Assembly: GCF_009914755.1 (NCBI RefSeq)
Contig: NC_060931.1
Origin: the human T2T-CHM13v2.0 reference genome, Homo sapiens
DNA length: 64,000 nt
Direction: 5' to 3' (one strand)
Of the stretch, positions 31,811 to 48,389 are shown in pieces (position 1 is the stretch's first letter; each line of letters starts with the position of its first letter). The translations under genes were made by a program, and so were the position numbers. Below the pieces are notes generated by a model. The model was not told where the DNA came from and searched no databases. It saw only the letters and a list, made by a program, of their open reading frames with translations.

Positions 31811-33067
31811 CAAAAGTCTTTGTTATTCCATGATATGGATGAAACACTTATCTGCCATTTTCCTTATTCACAGGCATTTCAATTGTTTCTAAATTTTTAT
31901 TACAAAAATGCTACATCAACTTTTTTTATATGCCTATATTTCTCAAAAAGGATACTGCTTAATGGTGGAATTTCCATGTGTAAAAGTATGTACTTTTATT
32001 TTAAAAAGATTCAAATGAATGACCTTCTCCAGTATAAACTCATCAATAGTATACATGTATCTTTTTGTACTAGTGAGGTTTTGTTTGGATAAATTCCAAG
32101 AAGTGGAATTTCTTGGTCAAAAGTTAGGCACATTTAAAATATTGCTAAATGCTGCTTTCTAAAAAGTTAGCATTTTTAATTGAAACTAATCTTAAGACAT
32201 GAAAATGTTATTAAGTGTTCAACACATCAGTATATAATGCTTTATATACTTTATAGACATTTGATGTTCAATCAAGTTATTCAGAGTTATTCTGCCATTT
32301 GTTAAGAAGTTGTCAGAGCACCTTCTGATAATGGATTTTCTTTGGGCTCTTCACCTTTGTGAGTGTTATTTTGTATACACTGTTAAAAACCACTGTGTAC
32401 GTAAGGTTGACTTGATCTCATTATCCTTATGGTGGTTGTATTTTATGCCATACATAGTACCCTATAAGGTAGTAATAGCCAAATGGTAGATTTATAGGCA
32501 TGTAGCACCCACATAAATAATGCATGAGAATATTTGTAAGATGAGGAAAAATAACAGAATAGTTTAGAGAAGTTTTTTAAGCAAACATGAGCTTCTTTTA
32601 AGAAAAGAGATAGTAATGGGATTTCTCCACTCAGCACCTCCCACATTTTTCTTTTGTGTGTGTGTTTTTCTTAACATTCCATTTAGTTGAATTGGCCAAG
32701 TCACCACTTAACCACTAGGTGGGGCTCTACAATAGGCTTTTTATAAGAAGTCATCAAGATGCCAATTTAAAAACTGCTGCTATGTAGCAGTTGGAAAAAA
32801 TGAGATTAGTTTCCAATACAAGTTATTGCTTTATTTAATGTACTTGTGAAATTTTTAAAGAGTCTCACATAAGAGTATGTTTGTGGGTCTTACATAAAAT
32901 GTATGATCATACTGTTCCTAATCATTGTATAATGGTTGTGCTTTTATTTTTATAATGGGTGTGCTTTTATTTTTAATAAGTATTTCAACTAAAAAAAAGA
33001 ATAAAAATATCTGATTTTTTTGGAGGCAAATTTTTGTCTACATTGTACCTGATCCTTTCTAGCTAAA

Positions 33068-33374
<307 letters not shown>

Positions 33375-33415
33375 AATTTTAAAAGATCTCAATAAAAGAT
33401 AAAAGATTGATTAGC

Positions 33416-33826
<411 letters not shown>

Positions 33827-34049
33827 TTAGTGTTATGAAACATGCATGAAATAGGTGCATTGTGTTATTAGAGTTAACCTGCTTGGACCCACCGGTCAGT
33901 GGGCCTTTGTGTACAAGCAGTGATGGAAGGATTTTTTTGTTGCGTTTTTTTTTTTTCTTCCTTAGCTCATACCTAGCATGTGAGGTATAATTACTCAGTT
34001 ATTACACTGCTTTTTACTGGAGTGTTTTTTTCTGTTTTAATCCTTTTAG

Positions 34050-34198
34050 CCAAGAAAACCATGTGGGAAAGGCTGACAGCCCCTGAAGATGTATTTAGCA
34101 AATTACAGCGAGAAAACATAGCCATTATTGAAAGTTATGGCGCCGCCCTCATGGAAGTGGTCTGTCGAGATGCTTGTGATGGTCATGAGATTGGAAGG
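34050..34198 (+). CDS. NUP205: NUP205 exon 31 (AKKTMWERL...GHEIGR)
   Basis: tttag|CC...AGG|gtaaag; 149 nt. Confidence 0.95.
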
Positions 34199-34268
34199 GT
34201 AAAGCAACTCTTATTTAGTATTATAATTGAATAAGTATTTTGACTTATTAAGGTATAAACTGATTCAC

Positions 34269-34575
34269 GGCTGGGTGTGGTGCCTCATGCCTGTAATCTC
34301 AGTGCTTTCGAAGGCCAAGGTGGGTGGATTTCTTGAGTATAGGAGTTTGAGACTAGCCTGGGCAACATGGTGAAACCCCGTCTCTACAAAAAATACAAAA
34401 AATTAGCCAGCCATGGTGGCATGCACCTGTAGTCCCAGTTACTTGGGAGGCTGAGGTGGGAAAATTGCATGAGCCCAGGAGGCAGAGGTTGCTTGCGGTG
34501 AGCTGTGATCGAGGCACTTCACTCCAGCCTGGGCTGCAGAGTGAGACCCTGCTGCAAAAAATAAAATAAAATAAA
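34269..34575 (+). mobile_element. Alu (J-like)
   Basis: Alu consensus. Confidence 0.9.
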
Positions 34576-35014
34576 TTGATTCAACTTTTAATAATGTATG
34601 GTACATATTAAGAATCATTTTTTATAATATACTGTATTTTCTTATTTGCTATAATTTGAGACTTCTGTTTTATTTATTCATATGTTGTGTTTAATTTTGT
34701 TAGAATCTTAATTCAGAATTGCCTTTCAGAATTATCTTCTTGCTAATTTTGAGGTTGACTGGTAGAAACAACAGAAACGCTGCTTAATAAAGATCTTTGG
34801 TTAAGAGAATGCTGAATAAATTGCCTTGTACTGAATAGATCTTTGTCTGCCTAATTGCTTTGTGGAGAATTTGTATTTATATTTCTTGTACAGTATGGTG
34901 GCACACTGGTAATGATGCAGTGAGAAGATAACTTCTTCTTAATGGAAAATTATGTAGCAAAATTATGTAGCAATTAAATCATGTTTTTGAAGACCATAGG
35001 AAATAGGATTTTAA

Positions 35015-35354
<340 letters not shown>

Positions 35355-35384
35355 ACCTTTTAAGTTATGTTTTAAAAATTTTAA

Positions 35385-36054
<670 letters not shown>

Positions 36055-36436
36055 AGTTATTATTTTTCTGTGTTTTCTGTAATGAGCATTATAAAACTTC
36101 ACAGTGAGAAAAAACAGCTGTTAAAAAAATTTCTTTTCTCTAACAAGCAATGTTAGAGTCTACTAAAATACATCTAATGCCACTAGTTTAACGTGTTAGG
36201 TTTTGTTTTGGAAATACATCTTTACCTGAGAGCTTTCCTTTATTGATAAATTGAGGTTCTGGAGCCATAGTTTTTAACTTCTCAAAAAAAAATAAAAAGG
36301 AAATTTTGTTGCAAGTAACATTCTCTTTATGAAAAACATTCTTCATATTTCATATCTGATGTCAGATAAATTCAGTTACTGTTGTTGATTTTGGTAGCAT
36401 CTACATGTTTTGGACTTTAATTTATTCTTCCTTCAG

Positions 36437-36628
36437 ATGCTGGCCCTGGCTCTACTTGATAGAATTGTCTCCGTGGATAAACAGCAGCAGTGGCTTTTGT
36501 ATCTTTCTAACAGTGGCTACTTGAAGGTCCTCGTAGACAGCTTGGTAGAAGATGACCGTACTTTGCAGAGCTTACTCACCCCACAGCCTCCCCTTTTAAA
36601 AGCACTTTATACTTATGAATCTAAAATG
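36437..36628 (+). CDS. NUP205: NUP205 exon 32 (MLALALLD...YESKM)
   Basis: ttcag|ATG...ATG|gtaagg; 192 nt. Confidence 0.95.
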
Positions 36629-37137
36629 GTAAGGCTTTCTAGACATTTGATGTTAGATCAAGAAGTCGTTTTCTCTTGGCTATAGATGTATTAAAGAAAA
36701 TTAATGTGGCATACATTCTGAATATTTCTGTCATAAGCTGGAATCCTTTTTTAAGGAGTTTTAAACTTTGGAATCTTCCTAGTGTGCAAAAGATGAGTGA
36801 AATGATCCTCAAAGGGATAGCTGGATAATGGGACTGCTGCTTCCCTCACTCACTCAGGTTGCTCATGATGGCAATATGACAGCCAGTGCTCCGTGAGGAC
36901 AGAGCAAAATTGTCCTCTCACAATACAATTTAGACTATAGTAGTTGCCTATTGAAAATTTCCATGTAGATATGCTAGTTCTATTCTAAACACAGCATTTT
37001 CAATATAGTATATAATTCATTGTTTCTTTGCCTGCAAATCTGTTTTAATTTCTTTTTCCTCCTAGTTAAAAGGATCACAAATGTTACGATAATAGAAGCA
37101 CTGAAATTTTAGATTCTTCATTTACTCCTTTTTCCTC

Positions 37138-37260
37138 CTTCATTTATTTAACAGGTATTTATTAAATACCTGCAAAACGGCAGGCATGGCACTAGGTACT
37201 AGAGACACAGCTGTTAGCAAAACAGACAAAATTCCTTGCCCTCCATGGGCCCACATGATA
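37138..37260 (-). mobile_element. L2 3' end fragment
   Basis: ttcatttatttaacaggtatttattaaatacctg...actaggtactagagacacag. Confidence 0.7.
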
Positions 37261-37512
37261 ATAACAGGACCCACACTGTAAACGAATACTTGAATCATGC
37301 AAGCTACTGTCTGTGGGCGCTTTAGATATGTTGAACACTGAGTCCTCATGAAAATCCTAGGAAGAAAGCGGTATAATGTAACCTATCACTAGCCCAGATT
37401 TCTCTTCAGTGATAACTAAGGATGAGAAATTTGCCATCAAAGTGTTGCACTTTTCTCTGAGGCCCTTGGACATGATTTCAGCACTGATGATTTTTCTCTT
37501 GTAACTCCTCAG

Positions 37513-37634
37513 GCATTTCTCACAAGAGTGGCAAAGATACAGCAGGGTGCATTAGAGCTGCTAAGATCAGGGGTGATTGTGAGACTAGCTCAATGCCAAG
37601 TCTATGACATGCGCCCAGAAACGGACCCGCAGAG
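37513..37634 (+). CDS. NUP205: NUP205 exon 33 (AFLTRVAK...ETDPQ)
   Basis: ctcag|GCA...CAGAG|gtaagt; 122 nt. Confidence 0.95.
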
Positions 37635-38605
37635 GTAAGTGTCTGTATAGATTAATTTGGTTAAACTCCCAGTAAAGGATTATTAAGGGAAAAAAAAATT
37701 CCAAACATAATTTTGCCGCTTAGCAATTCTCTTTCATCTTGGTGTGGGTTTTTTTGGTCATACTGTGCCCCTGTCATTTACTAATAAATGGAAGTTGCTA
37801 CTAGGGAAAAAGTAGGTAGGAGTGGGAGAGAATTTAGTAAATGTGTACTTGCCCAATGTTATTATTATGTTCAATTGAAATACTTGTTTGCAGTTACACT
37901 ATCTTTTAAAGAGTTGTAGTAAAATTATAATTTGTTATGGATTTCCTGTTCCGGATGATTTGAATAGAATTTCAGATTATATATATATTTTTTCTGATTT
38001 CAATATTTTGCTTACTGCTTGCTAATTCAAAAGCTTCAAATGGAATTGTTTTCAAGTTTCAAGCTTTTCAGCTGATTTCTTAGTTTCACATTCGATTTGA
38101 ATGTGGAAAATTTGATTTGATTTTCTTTTTTGTTTACATGACTGCAGCATTGTTAGGTAGATAGCATACCTTCCTAGAAGTAAATAATACTTAGTTTGAG
38201 TTTAGTAATTGTTTTAAAAGGATCTATTAGCAACTTGAATGTTTGGATTTTTAAGGCTTAACTACAGAACTGTTTTACCTCCAGGGAAAAACATTTATTT
38301 TAGTATTGCGGTCTAAAGTTTCAAACATGAGAGTTATTACTTTCACCTTAGGTAAAGTGGGTTGAGTTAAATACTCTTTAGTTCATGGCATGCTATTATC
38401 ACTTGTCTGTGCAAAGCCTGTCTCTTATTTTCTTATTCTGCTTTCGTTCCCCCTCAATAGGCAGCCATTTTTTTGGTCTAAAAATTTAAATATAAACATT
38501 AACAATAAATATTAGCTTATTAATACGATGTTCTGAGACCTACTCTGAAAGGTTAAGTGATTTTACAGCCTCATTTTGACTCTTAAATCTTGTTTTATTT
38601 TTATA

Positions 38606-38838
38606 CAGATTGAGCTTCTCTAATCTGAAAATCTGAAATCTGCAGTGCTGCTAAATCTCAAACTTTCTGAGTGCCAATATGATGCTCAAAGGAAATGCCC
38701 ATTGGAGCAATTTGGATTTTGGATTTTCAGATTAGAGGTGCTCAACCAGTAAGTATGTATAATGCAGATATTTCAAAATCCAAAAAAATCTGCAACACTG
38801 CTGGTACCAAGCATTTTGGGTAAGTGGTACTCACCCTA
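38606..38838. mobile_element. Tigger4a/MER46-type DNA transposon
   Basis: TA-CAGATTGAG...tactcaccc-TA; ctcaaaggaaatgc..attgg core shared with the 17628 copy. Confidence 0.78.
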
Positions 38839-39245
38839 TACAATGGGCAGCATAGTGGATTTTTGGCTTGGGTAGAGGAGAGAGAATTTTAGGGAAAGTA
38901 GCTTTTTAAATCTGTTTCTTACTTAACAGCCTATATGGCCCAAGGAAGCTTTAGAGAAGAATAAAAATGTTTTGGAAGTTTCAAGCATTATCTTGTCAAA
39001 TTACATAGGTTTTCCTCGATAAGATTTTTCAGAATTCAAATAACTGTTTTTACTAACTAAGCTATGAGTTTAGGAAGACACATCTTTCTCTGGACCGCGG
39101 ATGTATATATGGGATGCAGAGTACTCACTAGTTGATTCACATCTTAATCAGCCGGCTCTGATTTATTTGCCATATCAGTGTTAAGGAATTGCCGAGAGTA
39201 TACCTTAATTCTTGGAATGTTTTCTCCTTGTTTGGTTGAAATAAG

Positions 39246-39384
39246 CATGTTTGGCATGAGAGACCCTCCAATGTTCATCCCTACCCCAGTGGATCGCTAC
39301 CGCCAGATTCTCCTCCCAGCTCTCCAGCTGTGCCAGGTCATCCTCACATCTAGTATGGCCCAGCACTTGCAGGCAGCAGGGCAG
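39246..39384 (+). CDS. NUP205: NUP205 exon 34 (SMFGMRDPP...QAAGQ)
   Basis: ataag|C...CAG|gtaagg; 139 nt. Confidence 0.93.
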
Positions 39385-39736
39385 GTAAGGTGAACCCTTT
39401 GTTTAGATATTGTCTAGAGCAAAATCCTCATTTTACAAGTACAGAAACCTTACACACATAGAATGCTTAAGTGAATTTACGTTAGTCCTAATGTTTGTGG
39501 CAGAGCAGGGTAGAGAAAAGAGGCCCCTGTACTTTGTTCTTAACTACATTGGTCCATTTTTATACTGTTGTTTGAATGAAACACTGTAGCTAATTAATAG
39601 AATCATAAGACAGGAAACAAGAGATTGAAATTTGTTCTTCTATAAAAGAAAGCAGTTATTGTGATAGGAGTAAGCTGGCTTCTAAAGTGTAATTTAACCA
39701 GGTATCTATTGAGAGAGGGCTATGCTAGGCCTTGCA

Positions 39737-39786
39737 GGCTGGGCATGGTGGCTCACGCCTGTAATCCCAGCACTTCGGGAGACTGA
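39737..39786 (+). mobile_element. Alu 5' 50-bp stub
   Basis: ggctgggcatggtggctcacgcctgtaatcccagcacttcgggagactga, then non-Alu. Confidence 0.85.
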
Positions 39787-40540
39787 CAGATGATAATACT
39801 GCATTTATATATGATAGAGAATGAAATAATTTAAATGAGTGATTTTGCTGTCAAAATTTTTTTAAATACCAGAAATTAGTTTTATTTTGATTACTTTTCA
39901 GTGAAACACTAACATTCCAACACACATTTTTTTAAAAATTAATATTATATGTAATTTAGCCTTTCACTGATTGATTAGGCTTATCATGAATCTACAACCT
40001 TGTATTGCTTTATTGTATTTTGGAACTGTGTCCTAAAACACTTTGATTTCTGGTAATTTTTTCTGCTTTCTCTACCATCAGGCCTTAGGCCATCCCACCA
40101 AGGTAGATGCTGCTGTTCTAAAGTGGCACCTTATTTTATATCATAGCAATCTGGGTTGACGTCCTACTTCTTTTAGGCCTATGTGGTCTTCAAGTTAGTA
40201 CTTTTTAAAACTCAGAGACTTTGCCTTTCTTCCCCTAGATTGAGATTAAGATTTTTTAGTAGAAGTGGGACATTATGATATAAGACACTGGTTCCCTAAC
40301 ACCAATCTTGTATTGACTGAAGCAGAATCACCTGAGGAGCCTCTTAGAGAAGCACAGATGATTGAGTTCTGTGACCAGACATTATAAGCTTAGGCTAGGA
40401 ATCTTTATTAAAAAACAAAAATGATCACAATTCTGAGTGATTCACATCCTTGGCTTGTTTTGGCATATAGTCTGCCTTTAAAATGTTTGTAAGCTAGTTG
40501 AGATATTCCTAAGTGAAAATACTGAAAGAGGACTCCATGA

Positions 40541-41087
<547 letters not shown>

Positions 41088-41608
41088 TTCCTATCTCTAT
41101 TATAATAAAAATGAATTTTTTTAAAAAAAGAATTAGACAAAAGCTTTTATGTGATTTCCCCATGTCATGCTAGTTACTGTTTCATAGAACAGCTTCTTGA
41201 ATTCACTAGTCATTTTTATACCCATTTATATTACATTCTTACTCTAGTTCATTTGGCCAAACAATAAAGAAAATAGGGGTCAGATAATAGTTTTCATACA
41301 GTAGTTCTGAGTTATATTCTTCTACAGTAGTCTCCAAATGTATTAACTTATAAGCTTTAAAATAATCCTTTAGTCTTGTGAATTTTAAATGTTTACTTCC
41401 TGAAGAGATAAATATGTGAGTGCAGAAAACAATTGCTTATCTGTTACTCATCCTCACTTATTGTGAGGCTGAGTATTGTATTACTGAGTATTATGGTAAA
41501 GTTGAAGGTTACTTCCTTCAACATTATTTATAAAATGAATTATGCATTTATATATAATTTTCTACTTCTACCTGTTTTTTCTATTCCTCTTCCTTTTCAA
41601 TGGCTTAG

Positions 41609-41735
41609 GTATTGCAGTTTCTTATTTCACATTCTGATACCATACAAGCAATTCTGCGCTGTCAGGATGTTAGTGCTGGGTCTTTGCAGGAATTGGCTCT
41701 GCTGACAGGAATTATAAGTAAAGCAGCACTTCCTG
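41609..41735 (+). CDS. NUP205: NUP205 exon 35 (VLQFLISHSD...KAALP)
   Basis: cttag|GTA...CCTG|gtgagt; 127 nt. Confidence 0.94.
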
Positions 41736-41906
41736 GTGAGTTGATTATGTTGAAAGGATTTTTAATAATTCTTTAAAGACTGACATAAATTAATAGAATG
41801 AGTTTTTTTGTTACTTTGCAGCTATATATGACTTATTTGAAATTGGTACTGCTAACAGAGCCTTTATTTATGTAATAAGTTTATGTTTATAAAATGATAC
41901 ATGCTT

Positions 41907-42190
41907 GGCTGGGTGTGGTGGCTCATGCCTGTGATCTCATCACTTTGAAAGGCTGAGGCAGGATGATTGCTTGAGGCCAAGGGTTCAAGACCAGCCTGGG
42001 CAACATAGAGACACCCTGTCTCTACCAAAAAATTTTAAAAATTAGCTGGGTGTTGGGGCATTCACCTGTGGTCCTGGCTACTTGGGAGGTTGAGGTAGGA
42101 GGATTACTTGAGTTGGGAAGGTTGAGACTGCAGTCAGCCAAGATTATGCCACTGCAATCCGGTCTGGGCAACAGAACAAGACTCCGTCTC
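41907..42190 (+). mobile_element. Alu (J-like) with T-rich tail
   Basis: Alu consensus. Confidence 0.9.
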
Positions 42191-42458
42191 TGTTTTGTTT
42201 TGTTTTTTTTTTTTAAGATATAGGCTTATTATAAAAATATTCAAAAGGAGATAACTAACACTCAAAATCTCACCACCTAGAAATTACCAAATGTTGACAT
42301 TTGATAAATTTTCAAACATTGCTTTATGTGTACGTACATATGAGAAAGGGAGGGGGAGAGAGAGAAAGAAAGCAACAGAGACATACAGAGGCAACTAATG
42401 AGAATAGGATGACCTTTTACATGCTGTTTTAAAAAACAAATATTTAATTTTACATGAA

Positions 42459-42538
42459 TTTATTTATTTTTTTATTATACTTTAAGCTCTAGGGTACATG
42501 TGCACAACATTCAGGTTTGTTACATAGGTATACATGTG
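42459..42538 (-). mobile_element. 80-bp 5'-truncated L1PA insertion
   Basis: L1PA 3' terminus ttattatactttaag..tagggtacatgtgcacaac; 13-bp TSD aattttacatgaa. Confidence 0.9.
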
Positions 42539-42848
42539 AATTTTACATGAACACAGACAAAAATCTAATTGAAGAGAAACGAAAGGAATTGCCAAATTCC
42601 AGACAAATGTTTCTTTACTACTAGAGTATGTCACCTTTTAAAAGATCACTGCGAGTAAGGAAAAACATTATGAAACATTATTAAGATACTTTGGTTACTT
42701 TCCCCCCTTATAATTTCTTTACTACATGTAAATTTTGAATCAGTTAACTCCCTGATGGGAAAGATGAAATGATGACTTCTTTTACACTTCCTCTTCCACC
42801 CTCAGATGATGTTTGCTTATATCATTTTAACCTTGTCAGGTTTTGTAA

Positions 42849-43310
<462 letters not shown>

Positions 43311-43489
43311 TATCTCTTGGTATTTTTAATTTGTACTGAGGTTCCTTCCCTCAAGAAAAAGCATGCTGTCTCATATTCCTGAAATTCTCTAAGAATGTCT
43401 GAAGGTTGTCTTTGTTCTTTAATGACAGGACGGCCGATTATGATTTTCTTTTGCTTAGAATATGTAATATAAATGATAGTAGCTGGCAT

Positions 43490-43730
43490 TTATTAAGCAT
43501 GTATGTGCCAGGTACTGTTTTAAATACTTGACATGTTAATTGATTGGAAGACACAGCAGTCTTATGAGGTAGAACTGTCATTATCCACATTTTACAGCTG
43601 AGGAGGCTGAGGCACAGGGAGGTTAACTTGTCCAAAGTCACACAGATAACACTGCATAGTATAGAGTTTCCCAGGCAGTACGTCTTTTGAATCTATATAT
43701 GTAACTACGAGGCTACACTACCTCCATTTT
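43490..43730 (-). mobile_element. MIR
   Basis: cattttacagctgaggaggctgaggcacagggaggttaacttgtccaaagtcacac. Confidence 0.75.
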
Positions 43731-44196
43731 TATGTTGCTTTGGAGATGTCTGAGGCAACCTCTGAATCCACCCTATAATCCCCAATAATTTTTTTTGTCT
43801 GGGCTGTCTCGGTGGCTGAGCCCTCTGGGTTGAGAGACGTTGAGAGTTGGCCAGGGCTGAGTACAGTGCCAGCTGAGTTACTTGGAGCCTGTGCTTCTTC
43901 CAAGGAGATCCCAGGGTCTATTCCACCCAGCCTGTGGTGTGCTTCGTTCACCAGTTCATTCCAGTGTCCTAAGATGATACCAAGTCAGGCCACCCTTCTT
44001 GTCTCTACTAAGGTCCTGTAGTGTTGTGGGGTGGAACTCCTAATGGTTTTTCCTTTGATTTTTTCCAGGACTTAACTAATTACTCTCAATGTACTTCTGT
44101 AAATTGCAGGGTCTCCATGAGATTTTTTCTCATCAGCACATACAGCTCCTGCCCATCCTTTTTAATTGACTGCCTGGTTTTCCAGTTGTGAGATAG

Positions 44197-44680
<484 letters not shown>

Positions 44681-44874
44681 GTACTTTGTTTTTTAATCAG
44701 ATTCTATGACATGTTGACTGTTTCCAAGCTTCTTAAAATTTTAAACAGTGTGGCATTTAATAATTTTGTGTGTATATGTGTGTGTGTACTTATCTGTTTA
44801 CCTCTAGCTATATATTTACATATGCATTCATGAACATTTTTTACATTTGTTTTTATTTTTATTACTTTTTTAAT

Positions 44875-45008
44875 TTTTAATTTTTTGTTGTTGAGACAAG
44901 GTCTCACTATGTTGCCCAGGCTGGTCTCAAACTTCTGGCCTCAAGCAATCCTCCCACTTCAACTTTCCAAAGTGTTGAGATTACAGGCGTGAGCCACTGA
45001 ACCCGGCC
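44875..45008 (-). mobile_element. Alu left monomer (FLAM)
   Basis: antisense left arm. Confidence 0.85.
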
Positions 45009-45360
45009 CCATTTTTGTCCATTTGAACTGATAAGACTTGATAAATTCCTGGCAGTACTTTATCAGAAATATATGTGCTTAACATTTTTGTTAAAAATAA
45101 TACCAAATATCCTCCCAAGCTTTTGAAAACACTTTTAAACAAGTTATACTACTATCAACCCTGTTGTGTACAGTTCAGCCCTGTATTATCCTATAATTTG
45201 CTATAATTTATGCACATTTGTCTTAAACGCTCCCATTAGATTGCAGTTCTGTTTGTAACTTTGTATCCCCCATGCTGCCTAGCCCACTACCGTGTATGTT
45301 GTACCTCCACAAATCTTATCAGCAGATTTATTTTGTTTCTGTGACTCACAGATATATATA

Positions 45361-45495
45361 TTTTTTAATTTCATTTTTTCAGATAAAGATGAGGCCTCAC
45401 CATGTTGTCCATGCTGGTTTCAAACTCCTGGACTCAAGCAGTCCTCACACCTCAGCCTCCCAAAATGCAGATGTGAGCCACCATGCCCAGCTGGC
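45361..45495 (-). mobile_element. Alu left monomer (FLAM)
   Basis: antisense left arm; TSD ctcacagatat. Confidence 0.85.
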
Positions 45496-46846
45496 TCACA
45501 GATATTCTGAAAAGTATTTTGGAGTTGAGAGTGATTGATATACATAGAATAGTTAGATGGCATTTAGCAGAAAGATCTTACGGAACCTGAGAACTGGAAG
45601 TCCTTTTAAATTGAGGCAGCAGTTGACATGCAGGGGAAAGTGAACTTTGGAACAGCAATACCTGGTGCAGAGTTCAGCAAGTTTGAGGACAAAGAGGAAA
45701 AAAAGTCTTAGTTTCATGATAGCGTTAGGTGCAAAATCAAGGTTTCAAGGAGTTCAGATGGGAAAGGAGGGCATAAGAATTATGAATACAAGCAGCAACT
45801 GAAGAAAAACTTTCCAAAAATTGATACTAACCAAGTTTTTGCTTGGTTTTGTTTTGGAGTACAAGAAAGACTTTAGCCTATTTTCAAATAGGAAAACTCT
45901 TCTGTGGCAGGGTAGATGTTAGTATGTTAGAAGAGAAAGCGATCCTGGGAGGAGACTCTCAGAGGAGTTGAAGGTGGGACAGGATAAGCTCTCGGGAAGC
46001 GGTGAGGCACGGATAGAGGTATAACGAGCCCACATGTACCAGATGATAGGATTTTCTGTCAGTTTGTGTTGAGGGCTGAGCTAATCTAAAAAGAGGAGGA
46101 CTTGTCATTATGAGGAGAGAAGGATCAGGTTCTTGGTTATGTGCTATGGAGTCTATGCTTGGAAGTGAGTACGAAGTGAATTAAAGGAATCTGAAAATAC
46201 ATAGGAAATTTGAGTGGCTAGGATAGGTTTAGGTGGGTATTCCTCAGCATGATTAGTGATGGAACAAGGAAACAAACTGATGGGGAGAATGACATGTTAT
46301 GGTCACTGGCAGGCTCATTAGAAATCAGGAGAGGCTATGGCACTATTAGAGGTGGGTCATTTCGATTTAGGAATTTTGTAACGGGTCCAAACTAAGAAGT
46401 TGAATGGAAATGTTTTTGTTTTCTTTGTAAATTGTACTTTGCCTAGGGGAAAAGCAAAAGCAAATTATGTATATTTAGAGGTGTTAAAAAGAAATGCATT
46501 TTATTCTTACTGTTTCATATTCTAAAAACTCCTTTATGAGAAAGTAATTTAGAAAATTACTTTTATCATTATAAAAAAATTAGATTTTTCTTGAAAACTA
46601 AAAATGCCTTTTAAGATCATTTCACTCTGCATTTTAGATTGGCTTTGAATGCGCATGTACCGGTGCTGTTATTAATATATAACAGGTACTTACAGTCTTT
46701 GTAAAATCATAGTTCTCAAAACTTTTTTATGGCAAGAATATCTGTTCATGCACATAAACAATATAAAATATTAGAACCTCTCTTCCTAGTTTTTAATGTT
46801 TTTGTTTATTATAATAATATGTTTTAAAGCATTCTACATTTTATAG

Positions 46847-46923
46847 GAATATTAAGTGAACTTGACGTTGATGTAAATGAAGGGTCTCTAATGGAGCTAC
46901 AGGGACATATTGGAAGATTCCAG
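46847..46923 (+). CDS. NUP205: NUP205 exon 36 (GILSELDV...IGRFQ)
   Basis: tatag|GA...CAG|gtaact; 77 nt. Confidence 0.95.
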
Positions 46924-47985
46924 GTAACTGATTCTTATTTCTTTAAATAGCAGTTATAAGACATGTTACAAAATATACCATCCTCCCCATTGTGCCCCCT
47001 AGATTTGGGAAACCCCTTTCAACTGTTTTGGTTCTTTAGTTTTTCTAAATAATATGCTTATATTGCTGCTTCTTGATTTTCTAATTTTAGTAATCATCTG
47101 TTGACTTTCCATTGTTGGGGGATGGGGAGGAGATGAGAATTTAGATGTTTTTACTCCTTTTCTTCCATCATACAATGTATACATTTCCCATAACACCCCC
47201 TGAAACTCAATATAATTACATCATAGTTTTGGTTACATTAATATTTAGTGTTACATTATTATGACTGTGTAAATGTCATTTGTGAATAAGCCACGAGCAG
47301 ACTGTTTGCCCTAGAGTTTTCTTTTTTATTTGCTTGGTTTTTATGTACTTATTACTAATTTATCCCCAGATTCTTTACAAGCTCTGTAATCTCCTCTCAA
47401 TATGTTCTAACATATTAGTTTGTCAATTAGATATTTTATCAGTCTTTCTGGGAGCCTCTTGGCCTGGTTTGGTCTGAGCATCTTTACTTTGTATTGACTG
47501 CAGAGTAATTGTATTTATGTACTAGTGTTTATATCCCATTGTTTTTGATACAACAATTTTCTTAACTAGTCCTTTTTTCATGCGCTGTTTTTCAAGATTT
47601 CATAAGAAAAATGCTACTATTAGCATTTTTGTGTACATATTTTACTCTGGATTAAATAACACATGGTATCACTGGGACCGAGGGTATACACATAGTACAT
47701 CATTTTGAAATCATAATTGTCAAACAGCATTCCAGAAAAGATTGTACTCTCACCCACAAAACCCAAATACTTTGGGTTTTTTAAGTCATCTTTTATTGGT
47801 ATGGAGGAAGACACCTTTTTGATGGATCTTTCATAAGGTGAGCTTCGGAAATGTTTGAATGCATCTATTTTATCTGTAAGAAGCGGCAAACACACATTTA
47901 TAAATGTTAAACATAGATAGAACTATTTTGGCAAAATAAGTTTATATTATAGTCTCATTAATATGTTTTGCCTTATCGAAACTTA

Positions 47986-48306
<321 letters not shown>

Positions 48307-48389
48307 TTATGTACGTGTATACCTCTCTATGTATCTAAATCTGTATATTGTATTACCAATTTTTAAAATATATGTTTCATTTAAAATAC

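Noticed and set aside
32929-32974. Short tandem duplications (23 bp here; 13 bp near 34950; 14 bp at 63423-63450)
   Set aside because: Common slippage products with no functional hint.
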